The translations under genes were made by a program, and so were the position numbers. From contig OZ076409.1 of the NCBI GenBank assembly GCA_964187785.1, positions 1,240,001-1,304,000 on the forward strand: a stretch of DNA of 64,000 nt. Reading direction: 5' to 3'. Below are positions 61,416-64,000 of the stretch, in pieces. Under the pieces are notes generated by a model, which was not told the origin of the DNA, made no database searches, and worked only from the letters and a program-made list of their open reading frames with translations. The DNA comes from Amphiscolops sp. MND2022. Its lineage: Eukaryota. Every line of letters starts with the position of its first letter. The stretch's first letter is position 1.

Positions 61416-63412
61416 CATCAATGGGCACTGGTTCAAAGTGTTTTAATTCGGCAAATTCGTGAATGAAATTGCAATAGCCTTGTTTCAGTTGCGGATCGGA
61501 TTGTAGGCGTTTTTCCAATGACAGAAATAGTCTCTTGGCTTCCAAATAGGTGTCACCTAATGGTTTGACATTTGCTTTCAACGGCATTTGAACAACAAAA
61601 CGATTGACTTCGTCTCTGGTTGTGTCCTGGAAGTGTTGCTCAATGCTATCTCCTCTGCTGTTTGTGGAAGAAGCGTTGTTTTGATTGGGGTTATCTCCTC
61701 CAGCTCCCAAAATTTCCTTAAATCGAGGTGCTATTGATGCAAACTGGAGATGTTATCTTTGAGTGCATCTGGTGTAATTCAGGATGTTTTCCCGATGCAA
61801 GCAAACCAAAAACTGTTTCTGAAGTGATATCCATTTTCTTCAGTGAATTTGCCGTCCAAGACAAATTCTTCGAAGATATCAGAACCAAGAATAATCTCAA
61901 TTCTGCCGGGTCTATTGAAACTAGGATCTGCTAATTTGACTGAGCGAAGATGACTTATCCAGGATAATAAGATTTGGTTACATTGCCAATTCGGTTTATT
62001 GTGATTGACTGCTTCAGACGTTTCAATCCCAATCTTTGGACCGTGTCTTCTGTGACAAAAGTGAGTTGCCACCCACTGTCCAGCAACGCACGACACAAGC
62101 TGTTTGTTGAGGATGAGTTTGCAATGGGCACCATTGCTGTAGGAAGGAGTCCAACTGTGAAATGGAATCCGGAATGACCTGTCACCACAGATCCAGTTGA
62201 GTTCGAGCTGACTGCATTTGATAAAACATGAAGAGAGTTGTGTCGGCGTTTGCTCGTTCTACATGACAATTTAGATTTGCAATCTTTCGTTGTATGGCCT
62301 GAATTCAAGCAGTTGAAACAATTTAGCTGAAGAAGCAGGACATCTTTCTGTGGATATTTCGTAGTTTTGGTACACAAGATTGGAATCTCGGGACTTCATG
62401 TGCTCCTGACAAGACTTGAAACTGTCGAAACTGCTTTGAGGAGTCCTTGATTCGGAAACTTCTTATCACCTGAACCCTCCGGTTGATGAGTTGTCTCAAT
62501 TGATCCAAAGTTTGCAAGTGTTTCTCTGGAGCGTCAAGCTCAAATTGTCTTCTTGATTCAGCCTCAAGCTTTTCTGACAAAAGATCCACCCAGAAAAATC
62601 CACAAGGAACGGTAACAACCTTGAGAGCTTGTATTGCCATCAAATTTTCCTCGAAAGCTACAATTGCTTCCTAAGCTCGCTTGCAGATTCTTTTTGAAGT
62701 GGCTTAAGCTGAAAAATAGCTCTTATGTGAGTCTTGACAATCAATCGTGGATTATTGTATCCATCAGTGAGGCTGTTGAGGGTGATTTGATAGTTCGTAT
62801 TTGACAGTGGAAGATGGCAAATCTGGCAGACTTGCGTTACTGTCAACTGATGCCATGAATTGTTCGTGAAAAGATGTCCAATTTTCATACTTTCCATCAT
62901 ATTTTGGCAGATCGAACTTTGGCATTTTCAAAACGTTTGAGACGGTTCCGGAAGCATCATCGAGTGTTCCAACAGTACGTGAGTTGTGCTGAACCAAGAA
63001 TCGTTTGATTCTATTGATCTGTGTCAAAATTTTCATGTGAAATTCTTCTGCAGCCATCATTTCGTCTTCCATTTCTTGATGTGCTTGGCGTTTGATCCCA
63101 AATTGCATTCAGTGTCGTACATTCATTTCGAGAGTTGTCTGTCGAGCCTCGAGTTGACTCATGTGTTCAGCTGTTATTTCCGCTTGCTTCCTGTCCAGAA
63201 TTGCTTGAATGACTAGCCCACTTGGTTATAACACCAGTTGATGCTGATCGGGAACGTTTCAATTCTTCCATTGTCTTTCCTTGATTCATGGACATCGTTC
63301 TTCTATATTAGACTTGTTTGTTGTTCCCGGTTTGCGGCACTAAAAAATTATAGCTACTGCTAATTGAAATTCGCGGGAGCTTTGATGAACGAAGATTGAA
63401 TTGAATATTGTG

Positions 63413-63703
63413 ACAGAGGTGAAGCGGTGCTTCGCAACACATGACGAAGACAACGATTATTTTAATATGCGTATATATATTATTTTAATAGCATGCGTAT
63501 ATATTCAACAGTTCAACTTTATTCAATAACGTCCTTATGGCACAGTGGTTAACACTTATGCCGCGCAATCGGGAGGCTGCAGGTTCGAATCTCTCTGGGG
63601 TTTTGGCTTTTCTCTAAAAGGGGCTTATTATGAAGTTGGCTACTGTGGAAAAAAAAAACTTTCTTAGCTGGACTGCAATGCACATTGACTTCGTCATGTG
63701 CAA
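63413..63703. mobile_element. HINE-like insertion in the BEL 5' LTR containing a tRNA-derived segment
   Basis: Absent from the 3' LTR; hairpin gaagc-ggt-gcttc; subTIR cacatgacgaag / cttcgtcatgtg; A box TGGCACAGTGG and B box GGTTCGAATC at about 63538-63591. Confidence 0.65.
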
Positions 63704-64000
63704 AAAGTCAGTCTTTACTTGAAATGAGTAAAAAATACATGAAATCTAAGTCAGAAGTTTGAAAATATTAGTCAGCATGTTTAGTAATTATCTGTCCAAA
63801 TTTGATTGGCCAAATGAGTTTTTCCGTCGTTAAATACATGGCTCAATGAATTGTTCAGCTTCAACAGAAACTATAAAAATTGCTACTGGACTAAAGCATT
63901 CTCGTCTCTAAATCAGAGTTCAAACTACACAAAAGAGGGTTTGTCAATGCTGTTTTTAAGGCTCTAGCAACTGCTAGTTCATTCGGTGTTCATTCGATTC

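Larger units (their letters stand above)
57305..63866 (-). mobile_element. Decayed full-length BEL/Pao LTR retrotransposon
   Basis: Diverged LTRs at 57305-57533 and 63350-63866; degenerate tRNA-Phe PBS (TAGTGCCGCAAACCGGG, about 63326-63342); PPT (aaggggagcggaa) before the 3' LTR; near-TSD GCAAC/GAAAC; motifs CFNCLNSGH, RALLDSG, FYVDDYL, FDPVG, LNSRPL, TPAHFL. Confidence 0.9.

Noticed and set aside
63531..63600. Functional tRNA gene
   Set aside because: A and B boxes are present but acceptor and anticodon stems pair poorly, and it lies inside a mobile insertion.

Overview
AT-rich, intron-containing eukaryotic (invertebrate animal-like) genomic DNA made up almost entirely of nested transposable elements. 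The centrepiece is a structurally complete, young 15,959-bp Ty3/Gypsy LTR retrotransposon on the minus strand (16285-32243). It has 1732-bp LTRs with only 5 differences I could see, a 5-bp TSD GTGAA and a PBS. Its gag starts 568 nt inside the LTR, joins pol through an A_AAA_AAC -1 frameshift site, and its pol carries three disabling lesions. Between integrase and the 3' LTR it holds about 6.2 kb of intact extra genes: an antisense six-exon gene (5 GT-AG introns, all phase-compatible, 1270 aa, with a BED/C2H2-like zinc finger and a degenerate hAT-transposase-like layout) and a divergent sense ORF of 261 aa that ends inside the 3' LTR. No canonical PPT is present. The rest of the window holds decayed Gypsy and BEL/Pao elements, solo or partial LTRs, Helentron/HINE-like non-autonomous elements, a tandem array of LINE 3' ends, a probable Polinton-like capsid relic, two abutting spacer-less palindromes (446 and 64 bp) and a probable two-exon multi-pass (7TM-like) host gene. 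All calls were made by eye, without database searches.
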